A stretch of DNA of 63,833 nt, filler included, from Octopus bimaculoides (lineage: Eukaryota), in NCBI RefSeq assembly GCF_001194135.2. It is 5 parts of 5 records of this genome, joined end to end, with 100 filler letters (N's around TTAATTAATTAA, not from the genome) between each part and the next. Parts side by side here need not be neighbours in the genome. Positions count along the whole stretch, not along the records: positions 1 to 27,063 come from NW_026350265.1; 4 more parts are not named here. The stretch is one strand, 5' to 3'. The notes under the pieces were generated by a model that searched no databases, was not told the origin of the DNA, and saw only the letters and a list, made by a program, of their open reading frames with translations. Within the stretch, counting starts at the first letter, position 1; the number at the start of each line of letters is the position of its first letter. The position numbers and the translations under genes were made by a program. Below are positions 1 to 13,113 of the stretch, one piece after another.

Positions 1-689
1 ATATATATATATATATACATACACACACACACACACATATACACAAAGATGAAAATATGCAGTGTTTTTTAGATAAATTAAAAAATGACAGATGTATTTT
101 ATTTAGATATAATAAATACTTTTTCATTACGTTCGGGTTGATTTTCAAGAATACTGACAGGTAGACTGGTAGTGAAAATCAGATAGAGAGCTGAAAAGTG
201 TTGTAGGTGGATGAAGAGTGGGGGTATCAGATTATAAGACAAGGAGCACTTAGTAGAGAACTTTGGTTCCAGACAGGACATAAATTAAATTTTAATGAGT
301 TAATCTAGCATAAGTGAGAGAGAAAGGTATGCAGATGAATAAAGATTTAATAGCCAACATGACATGCAAAGACACACATATAAGTATACATGTATACCTA
401 TCTGAAATTCCTTTTGTCTGTTACTGTCCCTTATTATTATTATGTTGTGCAAAGAAATTACTTATCAACTATTATCTTTGTTAACCTGTTTTTTTCTGAG
501 AGCGAATTTGCTATTTGTAGAATTTTAGTGTTTGTGAAGGGCCTGGCCAAACAAATCAACCCCCAAATTTATTTTTAAGTCTAGCACTTATTCTATCGAT
601 TGTTCTCTTTTTGCCAAACAATTATGTTACAGGGATGTAAACAATCCAACACTGGTTGTCAGATGGTGGTGGGGTACATGCTGATCTCT

Positions 690-1040
690 GTGAAGGGAGC
701 CTGTGGTAGAGGTAGACGTAGGAAGACATGGGACAAAGTGGTGAAGCATAATCTTCAGATGTTGGGCCTCAGGAAGGCAATGACTAGTGACCGAGACCTA
801 AGGCAATATACGATGCTTGAGAAAACCCATCAAGCCAAGTGAAATCATAGTTGTGGCTGATGCTGGTGTCACGTAACTGGCACCTGTGCCAGTGGCATGT
901 AAAAAGCACCCATTATACCCTCAGAGTGGTTGGTGTTAGGAAGGGCATCCAGCCATAGAAACCATGCCAAATCAGACTGGCCCTGGTTAAACTGTCCAAC
1001 CCATGCCAGCATTGACAATGGGCATTAAATGACGATGAAA
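690..1040 (+). mobile_element. RTE-clade LINE 3' end (ORF C-terminus plus 3' UTR tail)
   Basis: Translates GACGRGRRRKTWDKVV..LQMLGL..MTSDRD, matching the RTE C-terminal GxRxRGRPRKTW pattern; followed by the tail ccaacccatgccagc...attaaatgacgatga that recurs across the window. Confidence 0.8.
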
Positions 1041-1070
1041 TTATATATGTATATATATATGGAGTGGGGG

Positions 1071-1228
1071 CCATGCTTCTTTCAGTTTCTGTCTACCAAA
1101 TCCACTCACAAGGGTTTGGTCAGCCTGAAGCTATAGTGGAAGTCACTTGCAAAAGGTGCCACATGGTGGGACTAAATCTAAGACTACATGGTTGGGAGCA
1201 AACTTCTTACCATAGTCACACCTGCACC
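1071..1228 (-). mobile_element. SINE family A (tRNA-like head), decayed copy
   Basis: Reverse complement aligns by eye with copies at 2808-2953, 5879-6045 and 57316-57470 (shared ggatttggtagacagaaactgaaagaagc end). Confidence 0.7.
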
Positions 1229-2390
1229 TGAATGGAAATATTTAAAAATCTATCAGCTCCATTCCAGTACATGTTAGTATATGCCCACTAAATGGAATTT
1301 TTATGATTTTTCACTATCTGTAGTTTGTACCATTATTTTCCTATACAGTTATAATCCAGAGATAATCGGTTGCATTTTGGAAGTGAAATGTTCAGACTCA
1401 ATCACCGATAAATAATTTATTAAGAAATATAAACCTCAACTTGAATGGTTGATGAGCTATTTCTTTACACAACATTAAAAAGAACATTAAGACAAAAGGT
1501 CTTAAAGAAAGACATGTATATATATATGTTTTGCATATCTTATATAGACTATTAAATCTTTCTACTTACCTTGCATACCTTTCTATCTTGTGTTAGTTTA
1601 ATGCAGTTAATGCTCCTTGTCTTATAATCCAATACCTACATCCGTCAACACTCACCTCTTTATCTGATTTTCATTACTGTATCTACATGTCAGTCTTCCT
1701 TGGTTAGTATAATGCTTAAAAACCGACACCTCTCATTTTCTCTTGAAAACAATGTAATGTAAAAATATTTAAAATATCTAAAAGTATTACACCAAATGTT
1801 TTAGCTTTGTGCATGATAATCCTTTTGTTTTTTCATATTATATATATACATATATATATGTGTGTGTGTGTGTGTGTGTCCCACCCATGCCAGAATGGAA
1901 GGCAGACATTAAATGATGATATATATATATATTACATGTCTAGTTATTTTTACTTGTACCTGTTGAGATCAATTACTTTTGTTTCAATTAAACTATTTGT
2001 GCCATAGTTATATTAAAAATAACATCCTGATCTAAAACTAATGTAGCTTTCATTCCATTTGAATCAAATACCTATCAAATAGATTTCATTATAAGAGCTG
2101 ATGAGGAATGTATCTTTGTGTGTGTATGGACAGTCGGATAAATGAAGGCACAATTTACTAAAATAATTTCTAAGCTTCTGGTGGAATTATAAACCATTCT
2201 CATTCTTGAAATGTGAGAGAACTAACAGCAAAGTTTATAACTTAAATGTCACTATCTGGAATTAAAAAGAAATAAACAGTACAGTACCAGAACTATCTTT
2301 TTGGCAAATTAAATCTCAGTGTAATCATAACTGGTATTAACCTCCAAACTTTGGAGGAACCTTTCTATTGCTGTTATCACAGAACTGTGC

Positions 2391-2437
2391 GGGGGTGGGG
2401 GGTGGGGGGGAGAAGTAAATACCCCCACCCCCACCCC
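2391..2437. repeat. G-tract / C-tract inverted repeat
   Basis: gggggtggggggtggggggg (2391-2410) followed 11 nt later by cccccacccccacccc (2422-2437), a near-perfect complement. Confidence 0.85.
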
Positions 2438-2807
2438 AAGTGATTTTATAATTTAGACAGTATCTTTTTAGGTATTAACAAAGTAACAATATAGACTAAA
2501 TAAACACTTAAATATGAACAATGAAGCCTTCAAAAATGAAGATGTCACATTTTAATGGGTACATGAGCATCAGTATTTAATGCCCACTTTCCATGCTTTT
2601 ATGAATCAGACATAATTCATTAAACAGATTTCCTACTGTTGGATGCTCTTCCTGTTACCAATCGTCACTTGTTTCCAAGCAAGATAATATTTCCCAATTA
2701 CCAGACACATTTTTTATGAAAAGACTGGGAAAAAGCATTACATGATTGTGATGCACATTTGCCATCACATGATGCCATAAGGACAGAGTACATGCACATA
2801 TACATAA

Positions 2808-2953
2808 CAGGCTTCTTTCAGTCTGTCTACCAAATCCACTCATGAAGATTTGGTCAGCCTGGAGCTATAGTAGAAGACGTGTGTGAGTTACCATACAGTA
2901 GGGCTGAACCTGAGCTCATACAGTTGGAAAGCAACCTTCTTAACCACACAGCC
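2808..2953 (-). mobile_element. SINE family A copy
   Basis: ggcttctttcagtctgtctaccaaatccact...ttaaccacacagccat; same family as 1071-1228. Confidence 0.7.
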
Positions 2954-3861
2954 ATACAAATGTGGATATTATTTTATATATGTTGCTAAATGGCCTGATT
3001 ATGAATATAACAACTGATATAACAGAAATGAGCAGCAATTCATAAAGGCAGTAACCAAGTTTTGCTTTCATACAACTAGAGTGGATTACTAAGTATTAGC
3101 TTTCGAAGTTTCTTTAGCAAAGCAAATAAACATGTCAAAAGTGATACCTTGAGATTTGAAGAAGGTGAAGCGTTATTTAATAAATTTACCTTCACACAAC
3201 ACCTTTTATAAACACTATAAAAAGTTAACTGTACTAATATGTGAAATAACCAAGTCTTAGGGGTGAAATAAAGGGCCAAAGAGAATAGCTTAATCCCTTT
3301 CTTACCAGCTTGATCTTATGTTACCACCCTACACATAACACTTGATTTCATTTGTTGAATTCTTAGCTTATGCTGTTTGATGTTCTTAACATATAAATTT
3401 TCTGCTTGCAAACCTTTAATTTTTGGAAACTTCCCCACTACTTTTATAAAAAATCTTGTTTAAAAATGAACACAAATTTTCAATTTAGCGATTGGTTTTG
3501 AAGTTACTGGTGTTAGTGTTTATTTTTAATGGTTATATTAACTGAAAAACACAACTAAAGGTTCACTGAATAAAATACTCGTTTCTAATGGTGAAAACTC
3601 GGAATAATAGAAGCAATAAGGAATCCATTCTGGGGTGGGGGAAGAACAAGACACTCAATCTTGGTGATTAATTTAAAACATATTGATTCCTTTGATCTGT
3701 TTATCTCATCACAACTGTTCCAGATAATCACTGGAGAGACCATTAGCTATGCTGCCAGAAGACATGTACATGTTTGGATAATTTAAAACCTTCTCGTATT
3801 TAATCAAGGCCATTTAGAAGTCTCCCAGGATTAACAAACGTACATGGTTGTATTATAGCTG

Positions 3862-4040
3862 CATCATCATCATTTAACATCCATTTTCCATGCTGGCATG
3901 GGTTGGACAGTTCAAAAGGAACTGGCAAGCGGGTGAATTACACCCAGCTCCAATTGTCTGTTCTAGCATAGTTTCTATGGCTGGACAACTTTTCCAATCC
4001 CAACCACTTTACAATGTATATTGGGTGCTTTTTAGGTGGC
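3862..4040 (-). mobile_element. RTE-type 3' tail fragment
   Basis: catcatcatcatttaacatccattttccatgctggcatgggttggacag is the reverse complement of the tail at ~990-1040. Confidence 0.7.
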
Positions 4041-4078
4041 ACATATATGTAAAGTATAAAGGTCAGAGACATTTCCAG

Positions 4079-4080
<2 letters not shown>

Positions 4081-4154
<74 letters not shown>
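4081..4154. repeat. (TA)n microsatellite
   Basis: Uninterrupted AT dinucleotide run. Confidence 0.98.
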
Positions 4155-4158
<4 letters not shown>

Positions 4159-4511
4159 TAAGCAAACCCACAGTTTAGGTCTGTGAAGCAGACATAGGGA
4201 TGTTACTTGTGTGGATGACTTTTACTTAAGCAGAAAGGACTATCAGCAATAGTACAATGTAATATGAAAAGTGTCATATCCATAACCAGCACCAAAGATC
4301 TTTTTAATGAAAATTGTGATAGTTTCCATGTCTATAGTCATGCGAGATCCTCAAATAGAAAAATGCTATCTTTGGATTTTCAAGGAAAAAATAAAAGAAA
4401 AAGCCAAAAGTAGAAAGAATATTTTCCAGCAACTACAGAGAGATAGACAAAAGTAATGTCTCCATGTTTATAAAAAATAGTGAACAGCAGTTATATTGTG
4501 AACCAATTTGA

Positions 4512-5363
4512 AGGTGGTATCAAAAGGTTCCCAGGCTAGTTATTGTTTAATGAGAAATAACTTATTTACCTCAGTTTTAACATAATCTCCTTTGAAATAG
4601 TCACCTTGCGCAGCAATACACTGGTCCCAGCATTCCTGCTACTTTAGGAATCCAGCCTGGAAGTTGTTTTCCTTAAGTGAGTCAAGAACCTTCATGTGAT
4701 TTGCTCTGGATCTCAACAACAGTGTTAAAATGACAACCTTTGAGTTGCATTTTCATCTTCAGGAAGAGATGGAAGTATGCAGGTGCTATATTGGGCAAAC
4801 AGGGCAGGTACAGAAACAATTGCATGTTGTTTTTGGTGAGAAATTCACAAGGTGAGCTTGGTGAAGAATCCAATTCTTTGTGCTCCACAGATCCGGTCGC
4901 TTTAGCTGAATATCCTCCCTCAAACACTCCAAAGTGTAGTAGAACTCTCAATTGATGGTCTGGCCCTGGAGGACAAATTGTTAATGCACAATACCATATT
5001 TCTGGGGGATGACGCTTGTGGCAGGTCTTCCAGGGATATTCTTTTTCTTTTGAAGTGCCTGTGCTACTTGAAACATTGTGTACGACCCATTGCCTTGTCA
5101 CCATAAGCTTGCTCAATGTCTCTGTAGCAGACTTCCCAATATTTCAAGTTGGTTCTTTGTTTCTGTCCATGACAAAATTGCATACTACAGCATACATATG
5201 ATCATAACAACACAAATTTCACAACTTGTGAAAGTAAACATAGTGATGTCACTTAGCACACTGTCTCATGAAGGTCACTGCTAGCCCTCACTGCACACGT
5301 AACTGTGTGCTACCATCTATTGGCATACTGCAGAACTAGTTTGGAAACTTTTTGATACCACCT
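4512..5363 (-). mobile_element. Internally deleted, decayed mariner transposon
   Basis: ~30-bp imperfect TIRs (aggtggtatcaaaaggttcccaggctagtt / aactagtttggaaactttttgataccacct). Minus-strand remnant LPCLPNIAPAYFHLFLKMKMQLKGCHFNTVVEIQ corresponds to the mariner YSPDLAPxDFFLFPKxK motif. Confidence 0.85.
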
Positions 5364-5878
5364 TTTCGATAATGACGGTTAATGATAGGCTAATAAATGG
5401 TGATGGTGGTGATACTTAGTGTAGTATAGAGTAAATATGAATATTGTAAATTTTATTTTTTCTTTTACTCTATATCAAACTATAAGAAGCTCTAAAAGCA
5501 AGGGAACTATCTGTAGGTCTGAACACATCTTACAACACAATTGGAAAAATGTTATCCATCCACCTGTAACTAAGAAAAGGTGAAATTCTATCATTAGTAC
5601 AGCTTTCTCTCTGATTTCTGTCAATCATCTTAAAATGGTCACAAGGAGTTATGTTTCCAGTGAGGTTCAACTGAAACATTTGGCAATTGTTCTACATATT
5701 CCCAAAGAAGAAACAGTCTTTGTAATTACTTTCTTAAATTTACTTGGCTTTTAAATTTTTAATTTATGGTGGAACAATAAAATTTTCATTAATTTATACT
5801 ACAAGGGAAAAAATATATAGAAATCTTTAAAAATCCAGTTTCTGCTCATTATTCTAATAAGGTTATGCATACCTTCAC

Positions 5879-6045
5879 ATTGCACGGCTGAGTGATTTGT
5901 AAGTTTGCTTCACAACCATACGGTTCAATGTCCAATTCCACTGTGTGGCACCGTGAAGCAAATGTCCTTTACTATTGTCCTGGGTTGACCACAGTCTTAC
6001 TATTGAATATGGTAGACAGAAACTGTATAAAGCCATTTTTGTATG
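5879..6045 (+). mobile_element. SINE family A copy
   Basis: ggctgagtgatttgtaagtttgcttc...aaccatacggttc...atggtagacagaaactg; same family as 57316-57470. Confidence 0.65.
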
Positions 6046-6379
6046 CATGTGTGTGTGTATGTATACACATACAAACATACATATGTACAAGTCTGCACAC
6101 TGATATTATCATTTCCCTATCAACAAACTGCCAGCTGGCTCTGCACTTTTAAAGCTTTGTCAAGTAAGAGATTCTTTACTTGAAAAACAGGTGTAGGTGA
6201 CAGGAAAGGAAATGAGCCATAAAGCAGAGCTTCAATAATACATTTGTCTAATGGAAAAACAAATGTAAAATGAATTCACAAGCACGTGACCGAGGTGGGC
6301 CAAACCTTGAATTTCATAAGTTGCTCTTTACCCTTCTTCATGGGCACTCTCCTTAGTTTGTAAGACTGATTCATACATT

Positions 6380-7120
6380 TAGGGCAACTGGGTTAAATTT
6401 GGCAAGTTTTTATGTCTCCTATTTTCAGGAAGCGCTTAATGCATTAGTAAACATTAGAAAGTATAAAGATTGAAGTTATAGTTGAGAAAAAGTTAGCTCA
6501 GAGGACTGGATGCCATCTGAATATTGGACAAGATTCATGCCAGGTATAAAAATGCTGAAATCATGACTGCTGTTCAATGCTTTGTGAATACTGTAAAAGC
6601 TGAAAGATACTGATATAAACAGCTACAATGGAGACTACAAAGATATGGCCAGTAGGAAGTGACAGAGAAGGCACTCTGGTGGCATCTAAATACTGGATTC
6701 ATCCCAACATCTTTGAACATGGCCTTAGGCTCAATTCAGATGGCTTTGTGGAGCTGCTGGAAAGTTGTACATATGACAGCAGGATTCAGCTCCTTGCCAT
6801 ACCCCTGAAAAGAGAAGTGGTTGTTGTGGCCTCCTAACCCTCCCCTATCTTAATTACAATCCCGTAGATTACTATGTATGGGCCATGGTTGAGAAAGACA
6901 CCAAGGACAATCTGGTGGCGAAAATCAAGGTTTCGGAAATCTTCCCAGGGACACAGTGAGGAATGAATGTGCCAGGCTCTGGGGGCATTTTAAGGTTATG
7001 TCAGAAGCTGAGGGCAGCTACTGTAAACTGTCATCTTTCAGCCATAATCTAGTTGATATTTTTTGGATGGGATATTGTGCTTTCTTTTCCTTTGCAAACT
7101 GTCAAATTTAGCATGAACAC
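6380..7120 (+). mobile_element. Decayed maT/DD37D-like (Tc1/mariner superfamily) deletion derivative
   Basis: Collinear with 19550-20377 (ggccttaggctcaattcagatggct, tacaatccc.t.gattactatgt.tggg = NPxDYYVW); degenerate TIRs at both ends. Confidence 0.7.
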
Positions 7121-8965
7121 ATTTCCATGTGCTTCAAGAGAAATTTGACTGTTGTACTTAGCAGGTTGAATATCTATTTAACGGCCTAAGGTGTTGTCCC
7201 AGAGAAGCTGTAGTTAATAAAATACAATGGTGTTCTTGCCATGTTAATACAGTGCTACATATACTATAATATTCTATATTTGGTGAATGTCTTGGCTGAT
7301 ATTTCGAACATTTTAAGCAACAAATGTATAACTCAGTGTGTGTATGTATGTGTGTGTGTGTGTGTGTGGGTGGTTAATCAAAAGCATGATGTTTTGTTTT
7401 ATGATAGAAGTGTTTGGTGTTTAGACTGTTTACAAAACCTACAAAACAACCAATCTGTTCTTCATGGAATTATATACATTTAAGACATATCTAAAACCTG
7501 TAAAGAAATGTTTAAGAAATCTATTTGGAATTGCTTTTTAATCTGGAAGAGTTTTTTTTCTGTACCTATTACTTCATTTGGGATATGTTAGTAAAACATT
7601 CCCATTTTAATGGTAGTAAATATATTAAAGTATTTCAAAAATTGTCAAAATAGCTCAATTGAAACAGTGATCATTTGGGTGTCAGCATGAACTTTTGCTA
7701 AAATTAGTACCTATTTAAATGCAAACACACACACAAACTCCAATAGCTAATCATCAAAGTAGGATTAGTAAATCTTATGCAAGTGTGAATGGATTTTGTA
7801 GTTTTCTTCAAATATTTTCATAACTCTACCTGTTTTGTGTAAACAAGTTCACATGAAAATCTAAAATGCACATAAATTTTCTTTGATGTTCAATACAATA
7901 TATTTGTTATAAAAGCAGAAAAATCCTTTTAGATAGTGATATTTAAATATTTAGATAATCTTAAATTTCATTGAATTTAACTTCAAGTACAGTAGTTTGG
8001 AGAGCAAATTCTGCTAATGTAAGAACCCTTAGTTATTCTGTGTTTGAAACACAGACACTATATAGCAATAAACAAAACATTTATAGCTGTTTTACAAAGC
8101 CAATTGATATGTCACAATCACTTTAAAATTCAATTGAAACACAGCAACACCAAGATTCATATTTGAAACAGTTATTAGTTGTAATCTAAGTTAAACCTCA
8201 AACTTTGCTGTTCCTATTTTGAAAATTAGTCAAGTTTGTCTTCTCGAGTGAAACCAGCAAAAATATTAAAAAACAAAAGAATTGACAGCAAATGGTTGCA
8301 AAATAAAATTTGTAAACCATTTTGTTTGAAAAAGGAAAAAATTGAAATTTTATAATAATAAAAAATGAAAAGGATTTCTTGAAATGAACTCTACTCATAC
8401 ATTTAACATTGTAAAACATTTAGAATACATCAAACATTTTTTTTTTCTTCTCTCCACATTCTGAATTAATATTTTTGGCAATTAATTTTGTCATCTATAA
8501 TTATATTTGTCACATGGTCAAATAAAATTCAATAACATTTTTTATGGTTATTTTCCTCTGACTTTCATGATAAGTAGTCAGCTACATGCTGCAGTAATAT
8601 TTCAGGAAAAATATCTTGGAGGGCCTGCGAAGGCCATAGACAAAGTTCATCCCTCAACACTAAGTCATTATTAAATAAACACACAAGCATAGGCTTACCA
8701 TGTGCAAGTGTATAATTGTGTTAGAAGCTTATTTTCATAATTCTAATTCATTAGGAAATCAAATTTCTTTAATGAACACTCGTTAAAATATTCCTGTATC
8801 AAAAATTTTTTTGCAGGATAGAATAGAGAAAACTACAAAGAAACTGGACGTAAGTAGCACACCAAAACCCAACATATCATGCATGAAACAGCCATTTTCA
8901 AACTGATGCCCAGTGTTCTAAGGGGGTGGGGACTATGCAAAAAAGCTAGGATGGTATTGAAGGAG

Positions 8966-9008
8966 TTAAATCTGTGATGATACAGATTTAGCAATAGCAG
9001 AGGCCAAG
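8966..9008 (-). CDS. Candidate terminal coding exon of an unidentified host gene ((S)LASAIAKSVSSQI*)
   Basis: Acceptor ...gatgctttcag| after a poly-T-containing 75-nt intron; phase-2 join to 9084-9205 keeps the frame to a TAA. No homology recognised. Confidence 0.4.
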
Positions 9009-9083
9009 CTGAAAGCATCAATGTTTTATTAGAAATTAAAAAAAAAAAAAGAGGTTATAGGAAAGTTAAAACTTTTAGCCTAC

Positions 9084-9205
9084 CTTGAGAGACTGGTATT
9101 AGTTGCATCGTTCATGGCTGGTGAACCTGACGGGGCTACAGCACAGGGTTCAGTAGGTGGGACACTCTGCACAGACGAAGCAATGAAAACTTTGGATTCA
9201 GCCAG
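9084..9205 (-). CDS. Candidate internal coding exon (LAESKVFIASSVQSVPPTEPCAVAPSGSPAMNDATNTSLS)
   Basis: Locally GC-rich, non-repetitive 122-nt block; long polypyrimidine tract ending ttttaaag| and donor AAG|GTAGGC on the minus strand. The plus strand also has an open frame, so strand is not certain. Confidence 0.5.
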
Positions 9206-9431
9206 CTTTAAAATAGAGGAGGGGGTTAAAGAAAGAAAAAAAAAAAAATGAGGGGGAAAAAAAAGAGGAAGATAATTCAACTGAAACAGAAGATCTAGCA
9301 ATGTTTTGTTTAAAAAAAATACTTGAGCACCAGAAATATGAAGTATTTTATATTGTAATATATAAAGTATTAACAAAACAATTCTGTTCTGTAGTTTTGT
9401 TAAGATTTTTGCATTTCAAGTATTGTACATC

Positions 9432-9610
9432 ATCATCATTTTATGTCTGTCCTCCAGGGAGGGATGGGTTGGACAGTGTGACAGGATCCGATGAGCTGGG
9501 CTACTGTGTTGTGCATCAATTTCTGTTTTGGCATGGTTTCTACAGTTGGATGCCCTTCCTATTACCAACCACTTTACACAAATATGGAGGAGCTTCTTTT
9601 TGTGGCATCA
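9432..9610 (-). mobile_element. RTE-type 3' tail fragment
   Basis: catcatcat...ggatgggttggacag...gttttggcatggtttctacagttggatgcccttcct, reverse complement of the tail at ~900-1040. Confidence 0.7.
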
Positions 9611-11843
9611 GTAAGAGTTTAATGCTAATTAACAATCACAGGAGGATTTAGAGAGCAAATCAAATCAACACATGGTTTCAGAGTTGTTGGTGATGCATAT
9701 AATTCAGGATGTTAACCAATGATTAATGGGGCTATTGCCAGCTAATTAACAAAAATAGATTTTCTTGACTGTACTTTATTAACAAGTAATCAAAAAATTA
9801 AAATTTTAAGCTCATCTTTTAGCTAAGCTGCTAAAACCTATAATATTCCAGTAATTTAATCAGACATGACCAGTGTTATATTCTTAAATGTTTTAGAAAC
9901 TCCAATTGTAAAATGTCCCAAGTTTTAGGTGTGTTTTGAAATTAATTTCATATAAATTTACAGAAATTTTTTTAACTTGCTTACAGTCAATAAGGAAAAT
10001 AACATTTAAATTTTCCCCAATCCAGACAAGTTGCTAACATCAATCATTGAATGGGTTGTAGATTTACATAGTTTTATTAATTACTATTGATTGCTTAATT
10101 GCGAAATAAAATGCTATGTCACTAGAAGGAAGGAAGGAAGGTTGTATAAGTGACCTTCTTAGAACACGAGTAGAAGCTTAATTCTGAAGAGAACCTACTA
10201 CAGCAACATCTGATATAAGTCACAACTCTAAGTGCAATACCTACATTGTCAAATATTTTCATTAAAAACAACACATGCACACGTGTGTAAAAGCCATTTA
10301 ATAAATTACAGTTAATGCAAACACTATTCACCTTATGTTAGCTAAACAGAAATTAACTTCAAACTCAAACTGTCAAAATTGAAACCATTTAACAAATATC
10401 AATTTTGGAAAGTAAGAGAGGCAGTGTCAGAAATAGCTTGTTGTTGAATATACATTAATCCTCAGAATTATAGGAGATAATTAAAAATAGAAACTGTGAT
10501 ACAAGAACAGCTCTATGATTAAGTACAGACATGATTTTTAAACTTTTACAGCAGCTCCTTGTTCTTTTAAATTATTTATTCCCTGTACATCAGATTTAGC
10601 TTTAATCTTGAATACGAAATATACATATGATGGGAATATTTGAAAACATTATCAATGCTCTTTTCTTATTTCTAAATACCATAAATTTTATTTGATGAAC
10701 AACAAAGTTCAATATATTCCAATATGCACAAATAAACAATTATTGTTAGATGATATATTTCTAGATATAAAGAGAAATGTTGACAATAATACAATTTGTA
10801 ATTAAAACATCTATTATAAAATAGGTATTTCAACCTCAAAATTCAAGTCTGTAATTTTTTTTCTTTCTGATTTTGGCACAAGGCCAGCAAGTTGATTACA
10901 TCAAACCATTTGACTGGTATTTTATTTTATTAGCTCCAAAAGGTAGAATTTGATGTAAAGAGCTGGTAGAAATGTCACAAAGTATTTTGTCTGACACAAT
11001 AACAATGCTGTCATCTCACGAAAGTAAATTTATTCCATAAATTAGTGTCAGAAAGAAACTTGAATCAATTGATTGCTTTGGACATAGCCATCACAACCAT
11101 GTTCTTTTAATAGATTTCACATTCTTTGCTAGGATCAACCTGATGCTTCTAAAATGTGAATATTTGCCAAATAACTCATAATTTTTTGATGATCTAATTA
11201 CCTAAAATCAGAATAGATATAACTTTTATATAGTTTAACAGAAACAGACTATTGTGTCCTTTCATCCACTTACACCAATACATATACAAACTGAGATACT
11301 GACAACAAACCGTGCTATTTACAAATTATCAATATACTCAACAGATAAAAACTAGATGNNNNNNNNNNGGGGGGAACAGTATGGAAATCTGTATAATGTT
11401 AACTGAAACTGGTGACAAAAATTCAGATACAGACTACTAATAGGGGAGAGAGAGAAACATAAAAATACTTATTAAAATTTTAATACTGGCCACAAACCCA
11501 AGAGAGCTCATATATTAGAGGGGATTTGAAAATAAAGGGCCACGATCACATACCAACTAATTTCATTAGGTAATGGAAATTTTCAGAATATGAAATGTTT
11601 GGGCAGTAACAATCAAATATAGATATTTACAAGGTTTACAAATTGTAAATATATTTCAGAAACTAAATTAAGTACAGAAATATTGAAATTACCCTAACAA
11701 CATCTGTAACCGATGTAAATCAAGGTAACTTCTGCAGTAATTGCTAGTCAAAACTTCTCTCTCTTCAGACTTGCCATAACAATTTTTTTCAACATTTTAC
11801 CACAGTAATAAAGGCAAATTTACTGCACTCAAGATTGAAAGTA

Positions 11844-13113
11844 TTGGGTCATCCCATAAATAATGTGGCTTTTTTATACTTCTTTTATTTTAAAAAATTA
11901 AGATTAAGTTTTTTTTTTTTCTTTTTATCTAAAATATACTCTCCATTTTCTGCAATGCTCTTCCATCTATCTGGTAGACTTGCATGACTACTCTTCCAAA
12001 ATTCACTTGTTTGCGACGAAAAATAATACTCCAGTACTCTTCTGACCTCATCTTCATATTTTCTGTCCCAATAGTTTTGAAGACTGCGGAATAAATGATA
12101 ATCAAACGAGGTAATGACCGGTGAATATGATGAGTGGAGCATCGTTTCCCATTCAAATTGTTCCAGCCTTTGGAATGTCATCCTTGCTGTATGTGGCTGA
12201 ACATTATCTTGATGGAAGAACAACTTCTGTTTTGAAACCAAAGATGGTCGTTTTTCTTCTAACACTGACCTAAGCCGCTCAAGCTGCTCACAGTAGATCT
12301 TTGTTATTGTTCAGTTTGGATTTAAAAGTTCAAAGTGGACTAACCCTTTCATATCCCATCAAACAGATAACAACACCTTACATTGGTGAAGATCTTTAGG
12401 CTAGGGTGTTGGTGTTTCTCCTTTCTCTACTCAGTCTTCAGCACTTGGCATTTTCATAGAGAACCCATTTCTTGTCACCAGTCACTATTTGATCAAAAAA
12501 AAGTTCATTCAGTAGATATGACAGCATAGAAGAGCACACGTTCACTCTGTGCGTGCGATTAGACTCGGTAAGTTTGTGAGGAACCCATTGACCCAATTTG
12601 CTGATTTTTCTGATGGCACACAGGTGTCAATGAATGATTGAATGACCAAATCCAAGCTTCTCTGCTAGTTCCTCAACAGTTACGATGGGATTTTGTTCCA
12701 CCAGGGTTTGCAGGATGTCCTCGTCAAGCTCTACAGATCTTCTAGGACAAGGCTCATCTTCCAGGCTGTAGTTTCTGGCTTGGGATTTCTGGAACCACTG
12801 TTGACACTGGCTTACACTTATTGTCCAATCTCCATATACTGCATTAATATTCCTCATACTTTCCATTGCATTGTTGCCTTTATTGGACTCAAAGCAAAAT
12901 ATCCAAATATGCTCCTTTGTCACTTTCATTATAGCTTTGAAAAAAAACAACTTAAAATCGAACTGCAGTCTTCAAAACTTGCACCAAGAATAAGGACAAG
13001 GTAAAATTATTACTTGCTTTTATAGCAAGTTGATGCAGGTAGTTTATCCTGTCCCCCTCCAACTTTTAGTTCATGTAAGTGAAAAAAACCGCATTATTTA
13101 TGAGATGACCCAA
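11844..13113 (-). mobile_element. Near full-length (~1270 bp) mariner transposon with disrupted transposase
   Basis: TA-flanked TIRs ttgggtcatcccataaataatgtggc / ccgcattatttatgagatgacccaa. N-terminal HTH region (12627-12950 ORF: QCQQWFQK...YSLEDEP) and catalytic region (11885-12265 ORF: FFHQDNVQPHTA...HSSYSP..DYHLFRSLQN) are separated by stops and frameshifts. Confidence 0.93.

Noticed and set aside
1570-1745. Apparent minus-strand exons with GTAAGT/GTGAGT donors
   Set aside because: The segment is an inverted copy of 140-250 (shared gattataagacaaggagca), so it is a dispersed repeat.
3076-5700. Short open frames with splice-like ends (3076-3279, ~4207-4330, ~5534-5563)
   Set aside because: No homology recognised, they do not chain by phase, and they are at the level expected by chance in AT-rich DNA.
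8565-8659. Protein-like minus frame LRDELCLWPSQALQDIFPEILLQHVADYLS* (plus frame also open; GGCCT-GCGA-AGGCC mini-hairpin)
   Set aside because: Splice phase does not fit the neighbouring candidate exons, the acceptor is weak and both strands look equally coding; cannot be supported.
8964-9012. C/D-box snoRNA (GTGATGA...CTGA)
   Set aside because: Only ~49 nt, no terminal stem, and it overlaps the better-supported minus-strand exon.
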